Below, piece after piece: positions 1 to 9,753 of a DNA stretch of 64,000 bases. The notes under the pieces were generated by a model. It was given only the letters and a program-made list of their open reading frames with translations. It made no database searches and was not told where the DNA came from. Numbering within the stretch: the stretch's first letter is position 1; each line of letters begins with the position of its first letter. Source of the DNA: Faecousia sp. (GTDB lineage: Bacteria > Bacillota > Clostridia > Oscillospirales > Oscillospiraceae); assembly GCA_045578895.1 (NCBI GenBank), contig JAZNLC010000053.1:14441-78440 (forward strand). The letters are read 5' to 3'. The translations under genes and the position numbers were made by a program.

Positions 1-297
1 GTTCTGCGCCGTCCCTCCCGTCAGATCGCTGACGAAGTGCAGTCCGTTTTGGAAGAAACTTCTCCCGAGTTGGTGGGCGACATTGCCCAAAACGGTATTA
101 CCCTTACCGGCGGCAGCAGCCAGATCTACGGCATGGATATGCTTCTGACCGAAAGAACCGGCATCCGCTGTACCGTTGCGGACGATCCCGATTCCTGCGT
201 CGCCTATGGCTGCGGCAAGAGCCTGGCCTGGATCAACACCATGACCGAAGGCCCCATCAATATTGCCAGAATGCGCATCATGCGCAGCTTGCAGTAA
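1..297 (+). CDS. mreB: MreB/Mbl actin-like rod shape-determining protein, C-terminal part (5' truncated by window)
   Basis: Frame open from base 1; SVLEETSPELVGDIAQNGITLTGGSSQ and VADDPDSCVAYGCG match the MreB C-terminus (LE.TPPEL..DI...GI.LTGGG; VAEDP..CVA.G.G). Confidence 0.85.
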   Translation, partial: VLRRPSRQIADEVQSVLEETSPELVGDIAQNGITLTGGSSQIYGMDMLLTERTGIRCTVADDPDSCVAYGCGKSLAWINTMTEGPINIARMRIMRSLQ

Positions 298-305
298 AAG
301 CCAAA

Positions 306-425
306 AAGGCTCCCCTTGTCAGGGGAGCTGTCCAAAATCTGTTGATTATTGACTGAGAGGCAGCATTCTCTCCCCCAGTCTTTTGCTTCGCAAAATCCAG
401 CCCCCTCGTCAGAGGGGGCTTTTTG
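306..425. repeat. REP-like composite palindrome / bidirectional terminator between convergent genes
   Basis: Two related hairpins GCTCCCCT-TGTC-AGGGGAGC and AGCCCCCTC-GTCA-GAGGGGGCT flank an inner GACTGAGAG..CCCCCAGTC pairing; A-run before and T-run after. Confidence 0.6.
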
Positions 426-434
426 TATGCGGAA

Positions 435-2486
435 TCAGTTCAAAAGCTCAGAAATGGGACGCATACCTTGGTCGATCCGGGGATACTTTGCCAAAATCGC
501 TTCCGCTTCTGCATCGGTGATGGACTGTTCGTTCCACCAATCTGCCATCCAGCTGGCCGTTGCCTTGCTGTAGACTACAAGCTCACAAAGTTCATCTTCC
601 AACCCAATCCACCGCTTAAACTGATGTCCGTTGGACTCCGTGCCGAAACCAAGATTGTGTCTCGTGTCCACGATCTCCAACACACCATCTTCGCATAGGT
701 AAAAGTCTGCTGCTTCAAAACTAAACACCCGTCCATAGCGGTACGTCAATGCGTTCCAATAGTAATCTGTTACACCGGTGAAGGAATCGTCCTCACCTTT
801 CAGAAGCAGATCATCTACACCATCACCGTTGATGTCATAAATCCGATAATGGCTGTAGTGCATATCTTTTCTGTTCAAAAGATGTTCTCTGTAAATATTA
901 CACAGTTCTTCATTGGACACACGCACATCTTTTTCTTCCAGATACTCCCGGAGTGTTTGCTCTTCGGAAAGTGGATAGTCCATAAATGGCATCCATTCCA
1001 GTTCAATATGAGGATATTGGGATGCAAACGCCTGCACCTCCTCTTCTGTGATATCCCTGCCGGAATCCATAATGCCCGGCACAGAGCTTCTCCATTGGTC
1101 TCTTGTCCGTTTTATGTACATAAAAGGATCTGTACTGTAAAAAATGAATCCCCTGTCATCAGTATATGCTATCTCTTTCTTTGTGTAATAGTAGATATCC
1201 TCAAATATCTCATAAGCACTGCGGCATTCCAGCACGCCTCCCTCACACAAATAGAACCAAGGGTGACCAATGCTGTCTATTTCACCATTATGCATAGTAA
1301 CTGTACTCTTAAATGTCCCATCATAACCGATCAGCAAGTCCTCTTCCCCATCTCCGGTTATATCATAAAATGTGTACAGCAAATCTTCATCTAGAATTGT
1401 GTATTGATTTTTAATGTAATCCGAGAAACTGCCATACTTCACCGGCGCATAGGCCGGGACATTCCAGTACGCGTCATCTGCTTCTTCCATTCTTTGCTTT
1501 ACCACATCCATGTCCGCCGCCTGGGGTTGGATGGAATAATCGAAAAGATCAGCAATGGCTTCCAGCTGTGCTTTCGTCAGAATTTCATCTGCAGCGGGAT
1601 AATTGCTGCCGGAGAGATTACCGTACACATGGACGATCAACATGGCTTCTTTCTGTTCGGCGATGATATAGCAGTTTCCCTTCTCACCGGAAGCCAACAG
1701 CAACTGGGTACCATCGTCAGCCGTATAGTCCCACTGCCGAAAGGCGCTGAGATCAAACCCCATTTTGTGGGCATCGGGGAAATAATCCTTCCTTGCATAC
1801 TCCACAGTGCAGAAAAGCTGCACATCCAGTATGTCAGTGGACAGATCGAAGTCCATACCGAAATTATAGGGAGGATAGTAAAGGCCGGCAACATTTTTGA
1901 TCTGTGCAGTGCTGCCCGGCAGCAGGAAAGAATCGATTCCGGTCTCCTCAAAGAAAATATCGCTCTGCCATCGCTGAAGCAGCACAGATTCGTCCAAAAG
2001 CTTCAGGCCATACTTTTGTGTAATCTCATCCACCTTCGCTGCCATATCTAAGGTATAGCAGTGATAATTCATCTCATACACATTTGGGATTTCCGGATGA
2101 TCAGGAACATTATCCGCCAGCTTCATTTCGGGATCATAGGTTTCCAAAAAAGCGAACCATTCCGCCAGCGCCTGCTGGATAGGGTCGCCGCCGTGACCGT
2201 AAAGAGTGATCACATTCACCTCGATCTCGGTAGGTTCGATCATCAATCCATCATTATTGAAATTTTGGGTTTGGGTATCCTTTCCAATAGACATATCCTG
2301 CAGCCGCAGGGTATAGACCGTAAAGCCCACCAGTATAGCCGTTAGCGCGATGATCGCCGCGATCAGCACCAGCTTGTGAACACGCTTATGGGAAGAAGGA
2401 ACCGCTTTGACCGTATCCTGCTCCGCTTCTTCATAGTATTTCTCGCTGATATTTCCCAAATGGACCAACAAATATTTTCCTGTCAT
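435..2486 (-). CDS. Membrane-anchored putative anti-sigma factor with large extracellular domain
   Basis: Overlaps the ECF sigma stop by 4 nt; short N-terminal segment LGNISEKYYEEAE, one TM helix (LVLIAAIIALTAILVGFTVY), two DxxGDG Ca-binding-like loops (YDITGDGEEDLL, YDINGDGVDDLL). Confidence 0.7.
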   Translation of the reverse strand: MTGKYLLVHLGNISEKYYEEAEQDTVKAVPSSHKRVHKLVLIAAIIALTAILVGFTVYTLRLQDMSIGKDTQTQNFNNDGLMIEPTEIEVNVITLYGHGGDPIQQALAEWFAFLETYDPEMKLADNVPDHPEIPNVYEMNYHCYTLDMAAKVDEITQKYGLKLLDESVLLQRWQSDIFFEETGIDSFLLPGSTAQIKNVAGLYYPPYNFGMDFDLSTDILDVQLFCTVEYARKDYFPDAHKMGFDLSAFRQWDYTADDGTQLLLASGEKGNCYIIAEQKEAMLIVHVYGNLSGSNYPAADEILTKAQLEAIADLFDYSIQPQAADMDVVKQRMEEADDAYWNVPAYAPVKYGSFSDYIKNQYTILDEDLLYTFYDITGDGEEDLLIGYDGTFKSTVTMHNGEIDSIGHPWFYLCEGGVLECRSAYEIFEDIYYYTKKEIAYTDDRGFIFYSTDPFMYIKRTRDQWRSSVPGIMDSGRDITEEEVQAFASQYPHIELEWMPFMDYPLSEEQTLREYLEEKDVRVSNEELCNIYREHLLNRKDMHYSHYRIYDINGDGVDDLLLKGEDDSFTGVTDYYWNALTYRYGRVFSFEAADFYLCEDGVLEIVDTRHNLGFGTESNGHQFKRWIGLEDELCELVVYSKATASWMADWWNEQSITDAEAEAILAKYPRIDQGMRPISELLN

Positions 2487-3037
2487 ACTGAGATTCCCTC
2501 CTTTTCAAGGTAAGCATAGAGTTTTGCCCTGGTTCGGTGGAGCTGGGTCTTTACCTTACTCTCGCCGATGCCATACCGTGCCGCGATCTCCGCCACTGTG
2601 TCCGCACACAGATACCGCCGCAGGAAGATCAGCCGGCTCTCCTTATTTAAGCTGTCCAAGAACGCTTCCAGAATTCGTCGCAGTTCCCTGCTCTCAAACT
2701 CCGCCATCTGCCGGTTATCCGGGATGCAGCATTCCAGCTCTTGTGTCAATGCCACTACTTCCGCATTGCGTTTCGCCGCCAAGCGCCAATCCAGCCGGTT
2801 AAAGGAAATGTGCCGGCAGACGGATGCCAAAAAGGCATACAGGTATTGCGGGCGTTTGGGCGGAATAGACTTCCAGGTTTCCATGTAGGTATCGCTCACA
2901 CTTTCTTCCGCGTCCTCACGGCTGCGGAGAATGTTATGGGACAGGGCATAGAGCCTTGTGCCGTAGGCAGCATCCGTTTCTTTAACCGCCTGTTCATTGC
3001 GTTCTAAGTACAAAGCGATGATTTTTGCGTCTTCCAA
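2483..3037 (-). CDS. ECF-type RNA polymerase sigma factor
   Basis: 184 aa; region 2 (DAEESVSDTYMETW) and region 4 HTH (TVAEIAARYGIGESKVKTQLHRTR); TTG start after GGAG-containing RBS. Confidence 0.93.
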   Translation of the reverse strand: MEDAKIIALYLERNEQAVKETDAAYGTRLYALSHNILRSREDAEESVSDTYMETWKSIPPKRPQYLYAFLASVCRHISFNRLDWRLAAKRNAEVVALTQELECCIPDNRQMAEFESRELRRILEAFLDSLNKESRLIFLRRYLCADTVAEIAARYGIGESKVKTQLHRTRAKLYAYLEKEGISV

Positions 3038-3075
3038 ATGGAATCACTCCCTTCTGTTTTTCTCTCTCACCCCAG

Positions 3076-3104
3076 TAGTAAGCATTCGGTAATGGAAGGT
3101 TACA
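3076..3104 (-). promoter_or_regulatory. Candidate autoregulatory ECF promoter
   Basis: Minus strand TGTAAC-N16-CTTACT just upstream of the sigma gene; the AAC -35 core is typical of ECF promoters. Confidence 0.4.
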
Positions 3105-3228
3105 GCTATTATAGTATTTTTTATAAAAAAGAAAATAGCCGGTCAAAGAACTTGCCAGTCCGAAAGAATCGGAGGGAAAGATAGTGTGAAAGAAAACCGT
3201 CAGGGTTGTCTTTCGCGTCCAATCAAAC

Positions 3229-3329
3229 CGTTTTTCAAACTTTTTTAAAAGTTTGAAAAACGCAGGCAGCTTGTCAAAAAAACTTTTTGACAAGCTGATA
3301 GCCGGTCGGGCCATCGGGCCCGACCGGCT
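3229..3329. repeat. Three consecutive inverted repeats; the GC-rich one (3300-3329) is probably the terminator of the upstream minus-strand gene
   Basis: CGTTTTTCAAACTTTT/AAAAGTTTGAAAAACG (3229-3262), CAGCTTGTCAAAAA/TTTTTGACAAGCTG (3267-3297), AGCCGGTCGGGCC/GGCCCGACCGGCT (3300-3329). Confidence 0.8.
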
Positions 3330-3343
3330 GTAATTGTGTATTG

Positions 3344-4174
3344 CTATGTCGTTTTGTAGCAGCAGTTACTGTTGTTCTCCGGGTCACCGTCGCAGTTTTT
3401 CGGAGCAAAGCGGGCAGCGGGGAACGGGATCCGGCTGAACATTTCGCAGGGATCTTCCGAGCAGCCTACCGCATCGCAGCACTCCTTTGTGGGGATGCTG
3501 TAGTCCAGTACCGGCACTACCAGCTGGGCATCCCGCTCCAGGCGGATGATGGAGAACTGTCCCAGGGTAACAAACAATCTTCTGCGGTCACCGGAAAGGA
3601 CAAGGTCATCATCGAACATTGTGCGGATAAATCCGGGAACTTGCACCGCTGTTTCCTGGCAGGTACACTCACATACATCCTTGACTTTGGAGCTGAGCAC
3701 CATGGGATCCAGCACCTCCACCACCGCGGTAGGCAGGTTGGCGCTGTAGCGGCTGATCCCATCCGCCTCATGGATCCGGGTGTCGCTGGTATAGATATGG
3801 GCGCTGCTGTCTTCTCCGCACAGAACCGCCCGCTTGGAAAACACCGCTAATCCATAAAGACTTGCCGGGCGGCTGTTTCCAATGATAGCATCCGCCAGCA
3901 CACGGTAGTAGAATGTAACATCAATGCAGTAGTGGTTACGGTCAAAGGCCACCGGCTCCACATCGATATAGGTATACAGCAGATCCGCACAACGGACCTT
4001 CGCACCGGCGGCGGTATCCAGGATGGCTTGAGAACCCGTAGTCAAATAGACCCGCAGATCTTCAATGCAATCCTTATCCCGGCAACTGTCGGTAATCTTT
4101 CGGGTGTGGATAGAGAGCGCTTCCTGCAAGTCCTCAGGACCGCAGCGTACCGGCTCCCGGCAATTATCTGACAT
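3344..4174 (-). CDS. Cys-rich conserved hypothetical protein, possibly sporulation/spore-coat associated
   Basis: ATG at 4174 with GGGAGG RBS; motif IHTRKITDSCRDKDC resembles clostridial spore-associated hypothetical proteins; upstream CACA-N15-CATAAACT is sigma-K-like. Function is inference. Confidence 0.6.
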   Translation of the reverse strand: MSDNCREPVRCGPEDLQEALSIHTRKITDSCRDKDCIEDLRVYLTTGSQAILDTAAGAKVRCADLLYTYIDVEPVAFDRNHYCIDVTFYYRVLADAIIGNSRPASLYGLAVFSKRAVLCGEDSSAHIYTSDTRIHEADGISRYSANLPTAVVEVLDPMVLSSKVKDVCECTCQETAVQVPGFIRTMFDDDLVLSGDRRRLFVTLGQFSIIRLERDAQLVVPVLDYSIPTKECCDAVGCSEDPCEMFSRIPFPAARFAPKNCDGDPENNSNCCYKTT

Positions 4175-4407
4175 GGTAATCCCTCCCAATGAGATTTCGT
4201 TGGCAATAAGCACTTTCGCTTATAGGACAGTTTATGCACGGTTTTTTTAACTGTGCATAGATTCCATCCCTTATGGCAATTCCCGCATGGGATCACGGAA
4301 CAGCAAGATTTCAGCAATCATACAATATTTTGGCAATATTAAACTTTTCAGAAGTGTGTGCCCATGTTACAATATACGCATGTTCCTATCGTTGGAGGAT
4401 TTTCGCT

Positions 4408-7149
4408 ATGTCACATATGACTTTTTCTTTGAACGGCACCTGGGAAATGGACTATACCCCTGAGGTTTACACCGACAAGGCGCTGCCGGTATTCACCGGT
4501 TTTGCCGTAGATCAAGCAGTCCCGGGATACTGGGAAGACATGAACGAGCAGTTTCTCCTTGCACCCTTCTTCGGTCAGCTGCAGATCAATCCCGAATACG
4601 GCATTCAGCAGTACCCCATTGCCGGTACAGCGCCGGACATGGCGCTGCCATATATCACGGGTAACTTTTTCTACCGCCGGAAGTTCCAATACGCCGGTGG
4701 CTATCTGCCCTGCGCATTTCATTTTGAAGGTGTGCAGAATATCCTCCACCTTTGGCTGAATGGGGTTTATCTTGGCTGCCATGAAGGTTACAGCACCCCC
4801 TTCGAGATCCCCATCCCGGAAGATGTTTTGGCAGCTGGAGAAAACACAGTGGTTCTGAGCATCTCCAACTGCGCGCTGACGGGTTATGAAGGCGAGCCGG
4901 TGTCCGGTCTTACCAACCGGGCTGCCAATCAATACACCGGCGGCATTACCGGCGATGTTTCCCTGCGTGTCTACGAAAGCCCTCTGCGGGATGCGGCTGT
5001 TTTGATCAGTGAAGACCTTCGCAAAGCCATGGTTGCTGTTCCCTGTGCCGCACCCACTGTTTTCACATGGGCCGTGCTGGATCAGGAAAAGCTTCTGCTG
5101 GAAGGCAGCGCGGATGGAGATTTCTCCTTCTCCACGGAAGGTTTCGCCCTTTGGTCACCGGAAAGACCCAAGTTGTATACACTGGAGCTGCGTTGCGGCG
5201 ACGCAGTACTCAAACGCGCCTTTGGTGTTCGCCGGCTGACCGCCGAAGGCGATCAGCTGCGGTTCAATGGCCTGCCCTATTACCTACGGGGCATCTGCGA
5301 GCATTGTTATTACCCGGAAACCGTTCATCCCAATCACAATATTTCTTTCTACCGCAATGTAATCCGTAAGCTGAAAGAACTTGGCTTTAACTTTATTCGC
5401 TTCCATACCCACATCCCCGCTGAGGAATATATGCAAGCAGCAGATGAACTGGGTATTTTGATGGAAGTAGAAAGTCCCAACTATACTTCCGAAGAAGAAT
5501 ACCGGCAAATCGTAGATTTCTGCCGCCGGCATACCAGTGTTGTGATATACTGCTGCGGCAATGAGCTGGAAATGGATGATCCCTATATCGAGCATATGGA
5601 GCGCTGCGCCGCCATGGTGCATGAACACACCGATGCGCTGTTCTCTCCCATGAGCGCCCTGCGGGGCGTGGAATACTTCTGGCAAGCGGACAAGAAGGAC
5701 GAACATGTCGTCATGACACCCTTCCGCCACCATCCCAAACGCCTGGAGACTCTGAGGGGCTTCTGCGACCTTTACAACAGCTACACCCTGGCGCTTACCA
5801 GTTATGATTCTCTCCATGCCGACCCGGAAAAGATTGACAGCTGGGATGTTCTTTATCAAAAACCCCGGCTGAGCCACGAGATCTGCATACAGGGCACTTA
5901 TACGGATCTGAGCCTGGAATCCCGATACGATGGCACCCATATAGGAAAAACCGATATGTTCTCTTCCCTGCGGCGGCATCTGGCGGCCAAAGACCTGCTG
6001 CGCAAAGCGCCGCTCTTTTTCCAAAACTCTTCCCAGTGGCAGCGCAGACTCCGCAAGCATTGCTTTGAAGCAGCCCGTATGTGCCGCCATTTGGCTGGCT
6101 ACGATTTTCTTGGCCCCATCGATACCCACTGGCATACCTTCGGCTATGATGTGGGTATGATGAACGAGTTTTATGAACTGAAGCCGGGCGAAACCGTGCG
6201 CAATGTGCGCATGTACAATTCCCCCACAGTGCTGCTGACAGATTTGGGTACGGACTTTGTTTTTACCGCCGGAGAAGAAATGGCATTCGGTATCTACACC
6301 TCTCACTTTGGTGCGGATGACTTGCATGATGCCTTGTTGAATGTCCGGCTGACCATGGGTGAAAAACTGCTAGAATCCCGCCGTGTGACCCTGGCTGAAG
6401 TAAAGAACGGAGCGGTATCCCAGCTTTATAACTTCCGGGCAATGATGCCGGAAGTTTCCGAACCTGCCGCGCTGACACTGTACATGACTTTGGAATGCGG
6501 TGATACCTACGCCGAAAACGAGTGGGAACTGTATCTGTTCCCGGAGATACAAGCCGATCCCGGTGAGCTTCTTATTTGGGAGGACGCTTCCGCCGAAGCT
6601 GTCACCGAAGCGCTCAGCGCCGGAAAGGATGTTCTTCTGTTAGGAAAAACACCCTTTGTTTCTCTCCCAACATCTTTCCAAATTTCTCTGGCAGGCCGCA
6701 CCAATGGCAATTTGGCAACGGTGATCGCGGATCACCCCGCACTTCAGAATATGCCTCACGACGGTTTCTGTGGCTGGCAGTTCCGCCCGCTGATGGAAGG
6801 TGGCTGTGCCGTGTGCTTTGAAAACCGCGCTGTTCCCTTCGACCCCATTATTGAAGTTGCGTCCTCTCACAAATATGCTATCCGCCAAAGCATTCTCTTT
6901 GAGTTCAACGCACTCGGCGGCAGGCTGTTGGTATGCGGATTCCGTTTCCGGGAAGGAGACCCCGCAGCCCGCTGGCTGAAAGCACAGTTGATCCGTTACG
7001 CAAACAGTAATGCCTTCGCGCCTGACCATACATTAAGTGAAGCACAGCTGGATGCCTTGATCCACGGCGATATCCTCAAAGCAGCAGAAAATGCCAATCG
7101 GGCCTTCAATCCCAACGATAAAGCCGCCGTGCGTAAGAACCGCAAATGA
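4408..7149 (+). CDS. Glycoside hydrolase family 2 protein
   Basis: SLNGTWE, sugar-binding domain (HFEGV..LWLNG..LG.HEG..TPF), TIM barrel (KELGFNFIRFHTH, AADELGIL, CCGNEL acid/base, LSHEI nucleophile); ATG 4408 with GGAGG RBS. Confidence 0.85.
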   Translation: MSHMTFSLNGTWEMDYTPEVYTDKALPVFTGFAVDQAVPGYWEDMNEQFLLAPFFGQLQINPEYGIQQYPIAGTAPDMALPYITGNFFYRRKFQYAGGYLPCAFHFEGVQNILHLWLNGVYLGCHEGYSTPFEIPIPEDVLAAGENTVVLSISNCALTGYEGEPVSGLTNRAANQYTGGITGDVSLRVYESPLRDAAVLISEDLRKAMVAVPCAAPTVFTWAVLDQEKLLLEGSADGDFSFSTEGFALWSPERPKLYTLELRCGDAVLKRAFGVRRLTAEGDQLRFNGLPYYLRGICEHCYYPETVHPNHNISFYRNVIRKLKELGFNFIRFHTHIPAEEYMQAADELGILMEVESPNYTSEEEYRQIVDFCRRHTSVVIYCCGNELEMDDPYIEHMERCAAMVHEHTDALFSPMSALRGVEYFWQADKKDEHVVMTPFRHHPKRLETLRGFCDLYNSYTLALTSYDSLHADPEKIDSWDVLYQKPRLSHEICIQGTYTDLSLESRYDGTHIGKTDMFSSLRRHLAAKDLLRKAPLFFQNSSQWQRRLRKHCFEAARMCRHLAGYDFLGPIDTHWHTFGYDVGMMNEFYELKPGETVRNVRMYNSPTVLLTDLGTDFVFTAGEEMAFGIYTSHFGADDLHDALLNVRLTMGEKLLESRRVTLAEVKNGAVSQLYNFRAMMPEVSEPAALTLYMTLECGDTYAENEWELYLFPEIQADPGELLIWEDASAEAVTEALSAGKDVLLLGKTPFVSLPTSFQISLAGRTNGNLATVIADHPALQNMPHDGFCGWQFRPLMEGGCAVCFENRAVPFDPIIEVASSHKYAIRQSILFEFNALGGRLLVCGFRFREGDPAARWLKAQLIRYANSNAFAPDHTLSEAQLDALIHGDILKAAENANRAFNPNDKAAVRKNRK

Positions 7150-7204
7150 TGCTATTGCAATCGTGTTTCCCATCCAGTATAATGACACCGGATGGAAAAT
7201 CATA

Positions 7205-7239
7205 AAAGGATCTCCTGCCATCCGTGCAGGAGATCCTTT
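7205..7239. terminator. Hairpin / probable terminator after GH2
   Basis: AAAGGATCTCCTGC..GCAGGAGATCCTTT inverted repeat. Confidence 0.55.
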
Positions 7240-7273
7240 CCTTATGTATCCGTAATTTAGGGAGGAAGCCGCT

Positions 7274-8536
7274 ATGATCATCGAAAAAAGAATCAAAGAT
7301 TTTGAAAAGCTTGGCCTGGGCATGTTTGTCCATTTTGGTCTGTACAGCAAGCTTGGTAAGGGCGAATGGGCATTGCGCAGCCTGGGAATGGACCCGGCTG
7401 AATATGAGCCGTTGGCAAAAACCTTCTGCCCCGAGCCTGATTGGGCAGAAAAGCTGGTCGCCAACGCGAAGAACGCCGGATGCAAATACATCACCCTCAC
7501 CACCCGGCATCATGACGGTTATTCTCTATACGACGCCTGCGGTTTGAGCGACTATGACGCGCCTCACAGCTGTGGCCGTGATCTGGTAAGGGAATTTGTG
7601 GATGCCTGCAACGCGCAGAGTATTCTTCCTTTCTTTTATCATACCCTCATCGATTGGCGGCAAAAGAGCTGCCCCTATCGATCCGATGTTCGGCCTGAGC
7701 TGAACCGGGAAGGCGATTGGGAAGCCTACATGGAGTATCTGCAGAAAAGCGTCGAGCTTCTGTGCAAAAACTACGGCAAGATCGGCGGCATCTGGTTCGA
7801 CGGCATGTGGGCCTACTGGGATAACGATTGGCAGCAGGATAAGCTCTACGGCATGATCCGCTCCTACCAGCCCGATGCCATGATCATCAACAACACCGGT
7901 CTTGGCAAGCAGGGTGAACTGGGTCACATCGAGCTGGACAGCGTTACCTTTGAGCGTGGCAGACCGCAACCTTTGAACATGGAAGGTGCTCCCAAGTACA
8001 TTGCCAGCGAAATGTGTGAGGTATTCGGCACTCACTGGGGCTATGCCGCTGACGATCTGTGCTACAAGTCTCCTTTGGAAATTATCGAGACTATGGCCAT
8101 CTGCCGCAAATACGGCTCCAATCTGCTGATGAATGTTGGCCCTATGGGGAATGGCTATATCTCCCCCATTGACCAGGCTTACCTGGGCATGCTGGGCAAG
8201 TGGGTGTCCCTGCACGAAGAAGCCATCCGTACTCCCCGTCCCTCCGGTATTGCCGTGGAAGGCAGACCCAATGACTTTATTCTGAAAGAGGGCAATACCT
8301 ACTACCTGTTCTGTCTGGGGCTGCCCATGAGTTCCGACCCCAATGTGCAGGCAGGAAAAGACGGTAACTATGTGGACACATTCTGCCTGGATAAGCAGGT
8401 AAAGTCCGTCACCTGGCTGGAAAGCGGCAGGGCCGTCCCTTTCCGCCAAAGGGGCGATATCATCTCCATCACCACCCAACCTTTCACCTACGGCAATCAC
8501 TGGGCCGTCAGAGTTGCTAAGATCTTGTGTGAATAA
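7274..8536 (+). CDS. Alpha-L-fucosidase, GH29 (cytoplasmic)
   Basis: GMFVHFGLYS, AGCKYITLTTRHHDGY, GIWFDG nucleophile motif, NLLMNVGP; no signal peptide. Confidence 0.92.
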   Translation: MIIEKRIKDFEKLGLGMFVHFGLYSKLGKGEWALRSLGMDPAEYEPLAKTFCPEPDWAEKLVANAKNAGCKYITLTTRHHDGYSLYDACGLSDYDAPHSCGRDLVREFVDACNAQSILPFFYHTLIDWRQKSCPYRSDVRPELNREGDWEAYMEYLQKSVELLCKNYGKIGGIWFDGMWAYWDNDWQQDKLYGMIRSYQPDAMIINNTGLGKQGELGHIELDSVTFERGRPQPLNMEGAPKYIASEMCEVFGTHWGYAADDLCYKSPLEIIETMAICRKYGSNLLMNVGPMGNGYISPIDQAYLGMLGKWVSLHEEAIRTPRPSGIAVEGRPNDFILKEGNTYYLFCLGLPMSSDPNVQAGKDGNYVDTFCLDKQVKSVTWLESGRAVPFRQRGDIISITTQPFTYGNHWAVRVAKILCE

Positions 8537-8581
8537 AATACAGTCATGCCCGGCTCCGATTTGGAGCTGGGCATTTTGCGT

Positions 8582-9619
8582 TTATGTTCGCGCTTCCCAA
8601 AACTGGCGGAAAGCCGTCGGCAGTGCGATTTTCTTTTCGATTTCCTCCGCGTCAAACCATAAAAAACGATCCGCGCAGACATCTGTTTCCAAATAGTATC
8701 CCCGCATATTCCATTGCACATGGGTAAAAATGTGCGTCTTGTCCAGCGAGCGTAACACCTGCTTTGCCGGGATCCCCAAGTCCTTTGCTGCGTCCACCGC
8801 CTGCTGGGTATCCAGTGTTCCCGGGACATTGGGAAACTGCCAAAGGTCCGCCAAAAGGCCACGGCTGCCTCTTTTCCCGACAGCGATTTTTCCGTTGCAA
8901 GCACAGATAAAGACTGTCATTTCCTCCTGCCGTCTGCCCTTCTTGGGCAGCTTTACCGGAAGGGTTTCAGCCGTTCCCCGCTGTGCGCCCAGACAAAACG
9001 ACTTACAAGGGCAATGCTCACAATCCGGTTTTCTGTTCGGCCCACAAACCGTCGCCCCCAGTTCCATCAGTGCCTGGGTAAAGTCGCCCGCTTCTTCAGG
9101 GTATATCTGCCTCAGGGCATCTGTCACCTGTTTTTTGTAAGCAGGCAGGTCGATGGGTGTCGCATCATCGGTGATCCGCGAGATCACCCGCAGAACATTC
9201 CCGTCCACCGCCGGTGTTTTCAACCCAAAGCAGATGGAGCAGATGGCACCGGCTGTATATTCTCCGATCCCCGGCAGCGCCAGCACCGCTTCGTATTCCC
9301 CCGGAAGATCTCCCCGGTGTCGTTCCATAACCGCCTGGGCAGCCTTTTTCATATTCCGTACACGGCTGTAATAGCCAAGACCCTCCCACAGCTTATGCAG
9401 CGCATCATCAGGGCAGCTTGCTAAATCAGCCATCGTGGGCAATGCCTGCAAAAAACGGTTGTAGTAGCCTTTCACCGCCTCTACACGGGTCTGCTGCAGC
9501 ATGATTTCCGATACCCAAATATGATACGGCTGCTTGTCTTCCCGCCAGGGCAAGGGCCTTTTATTAATTTGATACCAGGGAAGCAGCGCATTCGGCAGTT
9601 TCTCAAGAAGTTCCATCAT
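8582..9619 (-). CDS. mutY: A/G-specific adenine glycosylase MutY
   Basis: [21 protein letters not shown], Hh[18 protein letters not shown], Fe-S cluster Cx7Cx2Cx5C, C-terminal HIFTH. Confidence 0.97.
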   Translation of the reverse strand: MMELLEKLPNALLPWYQINKRPLPWREDKQPYHIWVSEIMLQQTRVEAVKGYYNRFLQALPTMADLASCPDDALHKLWEGLGYYSRVRNMKKAAQAVMERHRGDLPGEYEAVLALPGIGEYTAGAICSICFGLKTPAVDGNVLRVISRITDDATPIDLPAYKKQVTDALRQIYPEEAGDFTQALMELGATVCGPNRKPDCEHCPCKSFCLGAQRGTAETLPVKLPKKGRRQEEMTVFICACNGKIAVGKRGSRGLLADLWQFPNVPGTLDTQQAVDAAKDLGIPAKQVLRSLDKTHIFTHVQWNMRGYYLETDVCADRFLWFDAEEIEKKIALPTAFRQFWEART

Positions 9620-9753
9620 GGATTCACGTCACCTCATTTTTCTTATTTTACTACAAATGTGCTGCCCGGTCAACGAAGAAAGCGTGTCTCTTTCATTTTG
9701 ACAAAATCCCTTTTTTCTGCTATACTACTGGGGTATTTGAAGGAGGTACCTCC

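Noticed and set aside
4300-4380. CAA(T/G)AT repeats upstream of GH2 as a possible activator site
   Set aside because: Short, irregularly spaced and AT-rich; not distinguishable from chance.
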